A stretch of DNA of 64,000 bases from Candidatus Latescibacterota bacterium (GTDB taxonomy: Bacteria > Latescibacterota > UBA2968): contig OZ220741.1 in NCBI GenBank assembly GCA_965116885.1, positions 2,080,001 through 2,144,000 on the forward strand, written 5' to 3'. A program made the translations under genes and the position numbers. The notes beneath the pieces are model-generated. The model searched no databases. It was not told the DNA's origin and saw only the letters and a list, made by a program, of their open reading frames with translations. Positions 1 through 8,501 of this stretch are shown here, in pieces (the stretch's first letter is position 1; each line of letters opens with the position of its first letter).

Positions 1-1071
1 CAGTCGTTCGGAGATTCCCGCGTCGCGTCGTTCCTCTTCGGTGAGTCCGGAGTGCGATGTTTGGACGGGGCGGGTGATGAGTGTTTCGATGCCGCCCAGG
101 CTGGGTGCGGAGATTGGCAATTGTAGTTTCGATATTACTGCGTCAGCTACATGGCTGTCGCCAGCTATTTCAAAACTCAATACGCCACCACATCCGTTAA
201 ATAGCTTTTTTGCACAGTTGTGTTGTGGATGGCTGGGTGAGCCAGGGTAATTTACGCGTTCTACTGCGGGATGTTTTTCCAGGAAAGCAGCCAATGCGTG
301 TGCGTTTTCGTTTTGTTTTTCCACGCGCAGGACGAGTGTTTTCATGCCGCGCAATAGGAGAGAGCAGGCGTGTGTGTCCAGGCAGCCGCCCATGACGTTC
401 AGGCGGTGCGTTATGCGGGTGATTAGTTCGCGCGATCCGATCGCGCAGCCAGCTACGATATCCGAATGTCCGTTCAGGTATTTTGTGCAGCTGTGCAAGG
501 AGAGGTCAAAGCCGATTTGCAGGGGGCGGAAGTTTACCGGGGAGGCAAAGGTGTTGTCGATCATGGAGATGAGGTTGTGGGATTGGGCAAAGGCGACGAC
601 GGATGGGAGGTCGGCGACTTCGAGGAGGGGGTTGCTCATGGTTTCGACATAGATGGCGCGGGTTTCGGGGCGGATGAGTTTTTCCCATTCATGTGGCGCG
701 TTTCCGGATACGAAATCCACGTCGATTCCGAAGTCGGCGATGTCGCGTGCCAAAAAGACGCGCGTTCCGCCGTAGAGACAATTTTGTGCGAGGAGGTGGT
801 CGCCTTTTTTTAGTACGGTTAATAGGGCAGTGGTTATCGCTGCCATGCCCGATGCGGTGACTACGGCGGCTTCTCCGCCCGCAATTTGCGCCAGTTTTTC
901 ATGGACTACGGTGTGATTGGGGGTGTTGTTCAGGCGAAGATATTTTATGTCGTGATAACTGTCTTCACTGCTGTATGAAAATGTGGCGCTCTGAAATACG
1001 GGCAGCGCGACCGCGCCTTCGTATTTTTTTTCTTCTTCACCTGCGTGGATTAGTTGTGTTTCAAGGTTCAT
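1..1071 (-). CDS. PLP-dependent Cys/Met metabolism enzyme (cystathionine gamma-synthase/lyase or methionine gamma-lyase family), 3' end beyond the window edge
   Basis: Not in the ORF track because it runs off the edge. Manual translation from ATG at 1071 gives MNLETQLIHAGEE...PVFQSATF...ASGMAAIT...DNTFASP...HSCTKYLNGHSD (PLP lysine motif)...SLGGIETL. Confidence 0.9.
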   Translation of the reverse strand, partial: MNLETQLIHAGEEEKKYEGAVALPVFQSATFSYSSEDSYHDIKYLRLNNTPNHTVVHEKLAQIAGGEAAVVTASGMAAITTALLTVLKKGDHLLAQNCLYGGTRVFLARDIADFGIDVDFVSGNAPHEWEKLIRPETRAIYVETMSNPLLEVADLPSVVAFAQSHNLISMIDNTFASPVNFRPLQIGFDLSLHSCTKYLNGHSDIVAGCAIGSRELITRITHRLNVMGGCLDTHACSLLLRGMKTLVLRVEKQNENAHALAAFLEKHPAVERVNYPGSPSHPQHNCAKKLFNGCGGVLSFEIAGDSHVADAVISKLQLPISAPSLGGIETLITRPVQTSHSGLTEEERRDAGISERL

Positions 1072-1089
1072 GAGTGGTTCCTCGGTTGT

Positions 1090-1117
1090 GTAGGGGCGGT
1101 GCCCCTGTGCCCGCCCG
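1090..1117 (+). repeat. GTAG-type REP-like palindrome, copy 1
   Basis: gtaggggcggtgcccctgtgcccgcccg; identical 28-mer at 60350-60377. Confidence 0.75.
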
Positions 1118-1238
1118 CGCTAAGATAGGCGTTATGAATTATTGTCCTCATCCTTGCTCTATGATTATACATTTCGGTGTTGGGAGCAACCCAAAACACC
1201 ATTGCCTTATGCTCTCCGGGATAATTGCCCGTTTCCGC

Positions 1239-1267
1239 TTGACAGTATATGGCAGTTTTGATACTTT
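1239..1267 (+). promoter_or_regulatory. putative sigma70 promoter for tRNA-Arg
   Basis: TTGACA (1239-1244), 17 nt spacer, TG-n-TACTTT. Confidence 0.45.
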
Positions 1268-1320
1268 TATTCGTCTTACGACATTGTGTTGTCTCAAATA
1301 TACTTAAGTTCTTGATTTTA

Positions 1321-1397
1321 GCGGATGTAGCTCAACTGGATAGAGCACCTGACTACGGATCAGACGGTTCCGGGTTCGAATCCTGGCATCCGCACCA
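1321..1397 (+). tRNA. tRNA-Arg(ACG)
   Basis: Acceptor stem GCGGATG/CATCCGC, anticodon arm CTGA-CT-ACG-GA-TCAG, GTTCGAATC T-loop, encoded CCA. Confidence 0.97.
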
Positions 1398-1403
1398 GAT
1401 AAG

Positions 1404-1440
1404 AAAAAGGGGTTACATCGCAATGGTGTAACCCTTTTTT
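1404..1440 (+). terminator. intrinsic terminator after tRNA-Arg
   Basis: aaaaaggggttacatc-gcaat-ggtgtaacccttttttt hairpin with T tract. Confidence 0.8.
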
Positions 1441-1463
1441 CAAAAATAAAGGCGGGGAGTTAT

Positions 1464-2714
1464 ATGACGCACTTTTTGAGACATAGCCTGTTTGCTCTGC
1501 TGGCTGTTTTTCTGTCTTTCCACCCGATTTTTGCTGCTGAAATTCCCCAGGGAGATCCCGGAGAGTTGGGGTTTTCTGCGGAACGCCTTGCGAAGATCCA
1601 ACCGACAATGCAAGCGCTCGTGGATTCTGGGAAGTTTGCAGGTGTTTTGACGTTGATCGCTCGAAAGGGCAAGATTGTGCATTTTGAGACTGCGGGTTTG
1701 CGGGATCGGGAATCGAATAAGCCGATGACTGAGGATACGCTTTTTCGCATTTATTCTATGACCAAACCGGTTACCAGTGTTGCTATTATGATGCTTTACG
1801 AAGCGGGCAAGCTGAAGCTGGACGATCCGGTGTCTAAGTTTATTCCCGAGTTTGCCGAGACAAAGGTTTATACGGGTGGCGGGACCGAGAGTCCTGTTCT
1901 GGTGCCGCTCGAGCGCGAGATAACGATTGCGAATTTGTTGTCGCATACGTCTGGTTTGACGTACGGCATTTTTGGGCAGACGTCCGTGGATACGCTTTAT
2001 CGGATTGCGAATCTGTATTCGTTCAATTCAAATGTCAAATATGCGCAGAAGGTGGCCCAGTTGCCTTTGCGTTTTCAGCCCGGGACGCGATGGCTCTATA
2101 GCGTAGCGACCGATATCCTCGGCAGTGTGGTTGAGGTCGCTTCCGGTATGTCTTTGGGCGCGTTTTTTACAGAGCGCATTTTTGTGCCTTTGGAGATGGT
2201 CGATACGAGTTTTTACGTGCCTGAGGACAAGCGCGATCGCCTGGCTACGGTGTATGGTAAGGACGATGAGGGTAATTTGGATGCGCGTAGCCTTCGGAGC
2301 AATACGCGGCGCAATGCACGGGAGTCCGGTGGTGGCGGGTTGGTGAGTACGGCGCGGGATTATCTCCGCTTTTCCCAGATGTTGCTCAATGGGGGCGAGT
2401 TGTACGGTACGCGCATTTTGAAGCCGGAGACGATCCAGCTTATGGCGAGCAATCATTTGCCAGAGACGGCGCGTTACCGACACCGCCAGCGCAAGAGCGA
2501 TGGTTTTGGCTATGGTTTTTCTGTGATTGTGGATGAGACGGAGACGGCGTGGGAGGATAGGAATGGGACGTATTACTGGTCGGGTATTGCCAAGACGCAT
2601 TTCTGGATTGATCCGCAGAATGAGATGGTTTCTATGGTGTGGACCCAGTTGCGCGGGTCGGGCAATATTACGCGGGCTTTCCAGCCTCTGGTTTACGAAG
2701 CACTTGTAGAGTAG
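1464..2714 (+). CDS. secreted serine hydrolase, beta-lactamase class C family
   Basis: Signal peptide; FRIYSMTKP (SxxK), LLSHTSGL, PGTRWLYS, GGGGLVSTARDY. Confidence 0.92.
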   Translation: MTHFLRHSLFALLAVFLSFHPIFAAEIPQGDPGELGFSAERLAKIQPTMQALVDSGKFAGVLTLIARKGKIVHFETAGLRDRESNKPMTEDTLFRIYSMTKPVTSVAIMMLYEAGKLKLDDPVSKFIPEFAETKVYTGGGTESPVLVPLEREITIANLLSHTSGLTYGIFGQTSVDTLYRIANLYSFNSNVKYAQKVAQLPLRFQPGTRWLYSVATDILGSVVEVASGMSLGAFFTERIFVPLEMVDTSFYVPEDKRDRLATVYGKDDEGNLDARSLRSNTRRNARESGGGGLVSTARDYLRFSQMLLNGGELYGTRILKPETIQLMASNHLPETARYRHRQRKSDGFGYGFSVIVDETETAWEDRNGTYYWSGIAKTHFWIDPQNEMVSMVWTQLRGSGNITRAFQPLVYEALVE

Positions 2715-2720
2715 GGAGGC

Positions 2721-2749
2721 TTGACAAAAGTATCGAACTTTATTAGGTT
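2721..2749 (+). promoter_or_regulatory. putative sigma70 promoter for tRNA-Glu
   Basis: TTGACA, 17 nt, TAGGTT, about 20 nt upstream of the tRNA. Confidence 0.55.
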
Positions 2750-2769
2750 GTCGCCATCTTGTTGTGAGT

Positions 2770-2845
2770 GACCCCGTCGTTCAGTGGCCTAGGACACCAG
2801 ACTCTCACTCTGGAGACGGGGGTTCGACTCCCCTCGGGGTCACCA
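2770..2845 (+). tRNA. tRNA-Glu(CTC)
   Basis: Acceptor stem GACCCCG/CGGGGTC, anticodon arm CCAGA-CT-CTC-AC-TCTGG, GTTCGACTC T-loop, encoded CCA. Confidence 0.97.
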
Positions 2846-2869
2846 AAAATATATTGTTTTTCAGATATC

Positions 2870-2910
2870 AAAAAGGTCGTGAGGAATAAACCCTCACGAC
2901 CTTTTGTTTT
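2870..2910 (+). terminator. intrinsic terminator after tRNA-Glu (part of the left island repeat)
   Basis: aaaaaggtcgtgagg-aataaac-cctcacgaccttttgtttt. Confidence 0.85.
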
Positions 2911-2962
2911 TCGTTTTGATTTTTTGGGGCTGGCGGGGAAAATACTGGCGGATGTGTGATAT

Positions 2963-3328
2963 TTATGTATGGTGTTTTTGATAAAAGTCTTTTACTGTTG
3001 GTGGTGTCTCATCTGATTGGCAAAGACCCTGTCGAATTTTGACCAATAGTTCCTGTGATATAGGCGGTGCGTTGCTACAGTCACGTAGAATGATTCTGCT
3101 TCTCCATTCTTCAATTAGACAAGCATCCTCATAGTAGATAATTGATTTTTTACTGATATTTGGATGGTCGTCAGGCGAGAGTATGCATGTTTCATCTGAT
3201 CCTCTACGCCATGAAGTTACATTCACCATTATTGTTTGTGGTGGATTGCCTACACACTCTGTTAAAAACAAATATAAGTGCCCACCGCCCAGATCATCGA
3301 GCCATACGCATCTTCCCGCTAATAACAT
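2963..3328 (-). CDS. putative PanT-type toxin (possibly PemK/MazF-like fold), partner of the Panacea antitoxin
   Basis: 121 aa; starts 2 nt after the Panacea gene stop; HLYLFLT...VNVTS...DETCIL...DHP...SIIYY pattern. Toxin role inferred from context. Confidence 0.55.
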   Translation of the reverse strand: MLLAGRCVWLDDLGGGHLYLFLTECVGNPPQTIMVNVTSWRRGSDETCILSPDDHPNISKKSIIYYEDACLIEEWRSRIILRDCSNAPPISQELLVKIRQGLCQSDETPPTVKDFYQKHHT

Positions 3329-3330
3329 AT

Positions 3331-3957
3331 TTATCTCGTATTATCATTCTCCATATTTCTAAGCATATTTTCAAACTTTGCTTTTGCATCAAATTCTTGC
3401 CTGATTGTTATTAGATCCTCGTCAGACCATCCCGTAGCTTTAAGCAAGGTATTCCAATCTATGGGATTAGATGAACCCCCTGGATCATCAAACTCTGGTA
3501 GAGAGTGCAGATGGTTCTTTAATTGCCCAAAGGATTTATTTCCAAATTCCTTAAATACATCATTTATCAGATCAAGTTGTGCTTGTGATAGTTCATCACT
3601 GCTTATATCGTCTTTAATTAGTTTAATAATATACCCTTGTGGTCTGGAAAAATATTGAGACCAGTATTCGCCTTCCCAGGGTTTGCAAACAAGATCGTAT
3701 GTATGACTTGGCGTTGGTCCAAATGGTAGATTATACGGACGGTCAAAAGTCACGGGACGACCACGACGCTCCAAAGAGGTTCTATCAATGAGGTATATCA
3801 ATTTGACAAGTTTATACACACTAATTTGACCGCCAGAATAATGTGCAAGTAAAGCAGCAACTTGCGTTGTCCTGCGCTCATTAAACTCAGGAATATCTAA
3901 TAGACTTGTATCAACCATGATAGTATCAGACATTTTCAAGTCCTTTGAACGTGTCAT
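3331..3957 (-). CDS. Panacea-domain (DUF4065/SocA/GepA) antitoxin
   Basis: KLVKLIYLIDR...G.PVT.D...LPFGPTPS..YD, ELS...LI..V...FG......L....H..PE; characteristic DUF4065 motifs. Start could be a later Met. Confidence 0.85.
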   Translation of the reverse strand: MTRSKDLKMSDTIMVDTSLLDIPEFNERRTTQVAALLAHYSGGQISVYKLVKLIYLIDRTSLERRGRPVTFDRPYNLPFGPTPSHTYDLVCKPWEGEYWSQYFSRPQGYIIKLIKDDISSDELSQAQLDLINDVFKEFGNKSFGQLKNHLHSLPEFDDPGGSSNPIDWNTLLKATGWSDEDLITIRQEFDAKAKFENMLRNMENDNTR

Positions 3958-4065
3958 AAAATATTACGACACATATTTCGTTGTATTATAGCTCAAATAT
4001 ACAAAGAAAGCAATTTCCCCAAAATCTGAAATGATCCAGCTCAAAATACGAAACTCTGCATGAGA

Positions 4066-5334
4066 TCACTCCGGAAGATGGACATCTTCCTCGCCATCGT
4101 CTTTAATTCCCATGTAGTGTAGCACTTCGTCTATGACATCATCAAATTCCACTTGCTTTGCAAGATTGACCAATTTGTCATAAGTAATTTTGTCGCGTCG
4201 ATGGGCTTCGATAGCCATACCCGTGAAATTGAGCGCAAAATTACTAAAGGGGTGTTCTCGCTCTTTTTTTTCTATGTTCAGACGTCGTGCAATTCGCCGT
4301 GCTTTCTCTTTTTCTTGGAAAAGTTGGTCAAATAATTCTTCGGAAAGAAATTTGGTGTTTCTCAATCGGTACAAGGCGGCTTCAAAGCTAATTCCAAAGT
4401 ATGCACAGAACTTGACGACGTCGTAAAGCGTAATGATTTGCCAGGATGCCAGGCGGCGGTAATGTCCTACAAGAGGATCAGGATCAGGTTGCTCGGTATA
4501 GGCCAACAGTCTTTCTCTACTGGCGGACGCCCCTTTATCGATATTTTTTAGAAATTGACTCACGCCTTCTTCTGGCATGAGAAACGCCGCTGCAAAAGCA
4601 TTCGCACGCACTTCGAATAAATCGCGGTCATTTGAAATTTTACTGATGGCACTGACTTTATCACGGTCAAGCAATATGTGACCGTATTCATGGGCTATGG
4701 TAAATGCGACTCGGGCTTTCGCTCTATCAAGATGCACTTCGTTGATGAAGATGCACAGCTGTATCTCCGCTTCGACCATAAAAATACCCGATATCTGATC
4801 GTCCAAACGGATTTCAATAACCGGTATCCCCTGAGATTCCACCAATTCAGCCATGTCGCGTATGGGATTAATGCCCAACCTGAGACGACTTCGTTCCGCC
4901 TCTGCTGCATGTTCACCCATTTGAATGGCTTCCCAAACATTTTTGGGTTCACCATAGTCATATACAGGCGGTAGGTTCCGTTCTTGATCTAGTTCTAAAA
5001 GTTTTTGCAGATTTCCATATTCTCTCAAGAGTTCGTGTGCGTCCCTCAAGGATTTATAGAAGATATGATTTTGTAAGAGGTCTGGATGAGCGCGAAATAG
5101 AACAGCCAGCGCGTCTTTCTCGACAGGCTTTTCTTCTACGAAACTGGCCATATCTCGTCCATAAAGACGCGATAGACGCATGAGTTCAAGTGAACTGACC
5201 GCCCGGTGTCCCGACTCGATTTGAGAAATTGCAACACGGGTGAGCGCAACGTGATCAGCAACCTGCTGTTGGGTCAACCCGATTGCTTCACGCGCACTTT
5301 TTAATCGCTGTCCCAACTCTCGCTGCGTCAACAT
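4066..5334 (-). CDS. XRE-family HTH fused to ImmA/IrrE (peptidase M78) Zn-metallopeptidase
   Basis: LGQRLKSAREAIGLTQQQVA...ISQIESG HTH; FTIAHEYGH (HExxH); EVRANAFAAAFLMP. Start placed at ATG 5334 after a GAGGAG RBS. Confidence 0.92.
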   Translation of the reverse strand: MLTQRELGQRLKSAREAIGLTQQQVADHVALTRVAISQIESGHRAVSSLELMRLSRLYGRDMASFVEEKPVEKDALAVLFRAHPDLLQNHIFYKSLRDAHELLREYGNLQKLLELDQERNLPPVYDYGEPKNVWEAIQMGEHAAEAERSRLRLGINPIRDMAELVESQGIPVIEIRLDDQISGIFMVEAEIQLCIFINEVHLDRAKARVAFTIAHEYGHILLDRDKVSAISKISNDRDLFEVRANAFAAAFLMPEEGVSQFLKNIDKGASASRERLLAYTEQPDPDPLVGHYRRLASWQIITLYDVVKFCAYFGISFEAALYRLRNTKFLSEELFDQLFQEKEKARRIARRLNIEKKEREHPFSNFALNFTGMAIEAHRRDKITYDKLVNLAKQVEFDDVIDEVLHYMGIKDDGEEDVHLPE

Positions 5335-5406
5335 TGTATTATCTCCTCTACATGAGTAACTATCGCCACTGGTCAATTGGAACCTGAAGATACCCAATTG
5401 TCCCCT

Positions 5407-6837
5407 CTACATGTAGTAACTATAACTAATCTGAGGTTCAGGATCTTCCTGTGGATCAAGATATTTCATGATTTCTCCTACTTTCCTGGCACATTGTATT
5501 GTAATCGGATATTTTCCATCAAATTGAGTATTGTTCCAATTCATTTTAGTCAACCCAAGAATCTCTTTACAGATAATATTTGGTGACTCGTCCGACTCAA
5601 TCAATCTAATTTCAATCGGCTGAGGAATATAAAGACCAGGATAAGTTTTGTAGTGTTTAACAGAACCTCGTGTGTAAAGTATATGATTGCTTCTATCGAA
5701 CTCAAGATGAGTTCCTCTACCTGGAGGGTATGCACCTTCGCGAAATAGTCTCATTTTGGTATCTAAAATTGTGACAAAATCAACTGCATTTATACGCATT
5801 TTGTCTGTAGCCTGTCTAAATCCGTCTAATTCAGCTTCATTAAAAATTGATGACTTATGGAGAACTAATCTCGCAGGGGAATTTTCAAGTGCAATCTCAT
5901 ATTCTTTGAGAGCTCTCAACAGCAATTCATAGGCTTGTTCTGAACTTAAATGAGGCATTCTATCTTCCTTACCAATATCGACAGATGTACCTCTCAAGAT
6001 TACATTGTGACCGAGTTCATCGAATATTTGTGCGAGACTTGTATTGAGCGTTTTTTTATCTCGGCTTCGGTAGAAACCGATTCCAGCAAAGCAAATAGAT
6101 GGTCTATTTATATCCGGTACCAATCTCCAAGGGACGGTCTGATTAGCCTTGTAATAAAGTGCTGTACAGAAATTCCAGGCTCTTGTAGCATCGTCTTGTT
6201 GCCCCTTGGGATTTTGTTCCAAAGAAAGTTCTCTTGCTAATTGAAGAGGTTTACCTAAATGCATGGTTTTTGCTTTTAATGCTCTTCTAAAATTGGACTC
6301 AATCTGATCTGCATTAGAATAATCCTCTATTTCTTCCTCAATGGGTTGTCTTTTTTGATTAGCTATTTCATCATAAAGCTCATTTGGAATAACACATACT
6401 ATGACATCAACATTTCGGTTCTGTGCAAGAAATCTTACTTGTTCAGAGTAAATTTCAACAGCCTTATCGATTCTTTCTTCCCAATCAGAGATATTTCTAA
6501 TTTCTCGCATTGTTGAATTACGCAGATTACGGATAATTTCATCCTCGATTCTGAGTTTTGCTTTAAATCCTGATTCTGTATTGAAACCACAAAACGGCAA
6601 AAATAACAATGGTTGCTTGTTATTTGGCTTTGCTGGAATGTACTTTGAACATCTCTCTAACCAATTATGCAATTTTTCTAAACAATCGCTTGTGCCCACA
6701 CCCCCAACAAGAATATGATCTCGCCGTGCCCTCAGTTTAGAGTCATATACATCATATTCAGCTATACCTGCCCGCGGGCAGATATGGGTGTTTCGTCCAA
6801 ATTCAAGATCGGGTTCGTGAATATTGTTTAGTCTCAT
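5407..6837 (-). CDS. short prokaryotic Argonaute (MID + inactive PIWI)
   Basis: 476 aa; EPDLEFG N-terminus; MID FRRALKAK...PLQL...QQDDATRAWNFCTALYYKA..PW; PIWI CFAGIGFY (catalytic D absent), RLVLHKSS, RGT, LYTRGSV, EILGLTKMNWN, PITIQCARKVGEI, C-terminal YYM. Confidence 0.95.
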   Translation of the reverse strand: MRLNNIHEPDLEFGRNTHICPRAGIAEYDVYDSKLRARRDHILVGGVGTSDCLEKLHNWLERCSKYIPAKPNNKQPLLFLPFCGFNTESGFKAKLRIEDEIIRNLRNSTMREIRNISDWEERIDKAVEIYSEQVRFLAQNRNVDVIVCVIPNELYDEIANQKRQPIEEEIEDYSNADQIESNFRRALKAKTMHLGKPLQLARELSLEQNPKGQQDDATRAWNFCTALYYKANQTVPWRLVPDINRPSICFAGIGFYRSRDKKTLNTSLAQIFDELGHNVILRGTSVDIGKEDRMPHLSSEQAYELLLRALKEYEIALENSPARLVLHKSSIFNEAELDGFRQATDKMRINAVDFVTILDTKMRLFREGAYPPGRGTHLEFDRSNHILYTRGSVKHYKTYPGLYIPQPIEIRLIESDESPNIICKEILGLTKMNWNNTQFDGKYPITIQCARKVGEIMKYLDPQEDPEPQISYSYYM

Positions 6838-8303
6838 ATTTCTAATGATAAGGGTAAAGGATCTTGGGAATCTTTCATCCTCCCTCGGTCTTGTTTAGTT
6901 TCTCCCGTCAGCCATTCATTATCATCAATCGATAATTCCATATCAAAATTCAGGAGATCTCCAAAAGACAAAAAAGGATAAGTATAATTAGGCCTGAATA
7001 GGTTTGGAGGTCTATCATGTTTTATTATATGGACAATTGCTTTGAGATGGTTGAAAACATGTTCATTCCTTTCTCTTTTTTTTAAATAATCCACCCTATC
7101 TGCCATATAGTAAGATTTTCTATAAGTATCCCTACTTATAAACCATTCAGGTTTAATCAAAATAAACCACCGACCACCAAATCGTTTATATTGAATGAGG
7201 AATGATAGATGTTTGCAACTTAGAATCTCGTGGGGAGAATCTCTTTTCATTGTTCGTTTATAAACTTCTCGGCTATTTGTTTTTTTACCCTGCCATTGTT
7301 CCCGCCTAATTGGATGGCCATCAACTTCAAAAAATATAAAGAGCTTATCTTCATGTTGCCACTGAATCTGTTTGTGATACAATTTTTGTTGCATACATCT
7401 ACCTAAAAGAGAGACAAAAACTCTTTCGTGATCTATATCTTTATCATAAAATTCTTCGGTGGCTATTATTCTCGTTGTGCTGGGGTTAATAAGGCTTGTA
7501 AGAGGTAGTTTGTCATCATTGAGATCATGAAATGTGATGAGTTTATTCTTATGAGAAACCCAGTCTAAACTGAAATTTAACCCTTTTTGTCTCAAGGCCT
7601 CTCTTAATATGTCTCTCGTCGAACTGTTCTTTTTCAATTCGCTACTATTCTCTATAATAACATTTCTGGCGATAGCTAAATCAGAAATGTACAGTTTTTC
7701 AGGAAAGAAAATTTCCAATAGATTCAGATAAAGAGTTTCTGATTGTGGTTGGGAGAGAATAGCCTGATTAAAAATAGGTTTGCTTTCTTCGCCAAAATGC
7801 TGCTCAAGTATGTTTTCTACTCTGCGTAATTTTTCCAAAGGAAATTCTGAGATTTTTTTAAGTAAGTCTCGATAATCACGTATGTCATTTTTCTTATCAA
7901 AAGAGAATTTATCTTGTATTATTCTGCCAAATTCTCGTCCTTGATATGTTCTTTGTTTTTCTGTCAAAATATAGATGATTAGATGATCGTATTTTTCGTA
8001 CAGTTTACGATCAACAAATGTTTTTAAAGTATCCTTGATTTTTTTGCTACCAGATGTTGACGTAATTTGATACGCGATTCTCGTTTTATCGTCGGCCAAG
8101 TCTATCCCTGGAAAATTAGGACTTTCAGATACATTTAGATTTCTCAAATCTGAATGTCCATAGATTTCAGAAAACAACGGAATTAATACATTTTCAGATA
8201 CAATATTGATATCTGTCTTACTCATTGCTGTTGCGCCTTTGACCTGAGCCACGAATCTTGACATCAATTCATTGATTCTATCTTGAGATTTTTTTAAATT
8301 CAT
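6834..8303 (-). CDS. SMEK-like N-terminal domain fused to APAZ; short-pAgo partner/effector
   Basis: N-term DINIVSENVLIPLF..IYG..LRNLN....NFPGIDLAD....AYQITS....KIK.TL (SMEK-like); C-term E.LYLNLL...P..LY, LITFHDL, F..LL, KHLSF....RFGGRWFILIKPEWFIS.D, LKKRERN..V.NH (APAZ-like). ATGA overlap with pAgo. Confidence 0.8.
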   Translation of the reverse strand: MNLKKSQDRINELMSRFVAQVKGATAMSKTDINIVSENVLIPLFSEIYGHSDLRNLNVSESPNFPGIDLADDKTRIAYQITSTSGSKKIKDTLKTFVDRKLYEKYDHLIIYILTEKQRTYQGREFGRIIQDKFSFDKKNDIRDYRDLLKKISEFPLEKLRRVENILEQHFGEESKPIFNQAILSQPQSETLYLNLLEIFFPEKLYISDLAIARNVIIENSSELKKNSSTRDILREALRQKGLNFSLDWVSHKNKLITFHDLNDDKLPLTSLINPSTTRIIATEEFYDKDIDHERVFVSLLGRCMQQKLYHKQIQWQHEDKLFIFFEVDGHPIRREQWQGKKTNSREVYKRTMKRDSPHEILSCKHLSFLIQYKRFGGRWFILIKPEWFISRDTYRKSYYMADRVDYLKKRERNEHVFNHLKAIVHIIKHDRPPNLFRPNYTYPFLSFGDLLNFDMELSIDDNEWLTGETKQDRGRMKDSQDPLPLSLEI

Positions 8304-8366
8304 TTTTTATTACCTAATAGGTTTCTATTTTACGTTGAATCTCTAAGCATGGGTTTTAATCATCCA

Positions 8367-8395
8367 AATATATCAATTTCTATCTTTGATGTCAA
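8367..8395 (-). promoter_or_regulatory. sigma70 promoter of the APAZ-pAgo operon
   Basis: Minus strand TTGACA (8395-8390), 17 nt, TG-n-TATATT (8372-8367), about 65 nt before the ATG at 8303. Confidence 0.65.
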
Positions 8396-8471
8396 TATAT
8401 GACTTTAAAATTTCAATTTTCCAAAATATAAAATAAGCGACAATCTTCAAATATGACTGTTTTACAATAGG

Positions 8472-8501
8472 ATATGGAGATTAAAAATTTAATCTCCATA
8501 T
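8472..8501. promoter_or_regulatory. perfect 14-bp inverted repeat, candidate operator
   Basis: atatggagattaaa-aa-tttaatctccatat. Confidence 0.55.

Noticed and set aside
5407..6837. Active long (slicer) Argonaute
   Set aside because: No N or PAZ domains, and the catalytic Asp positions are replaced (GIGFY, HKSS).
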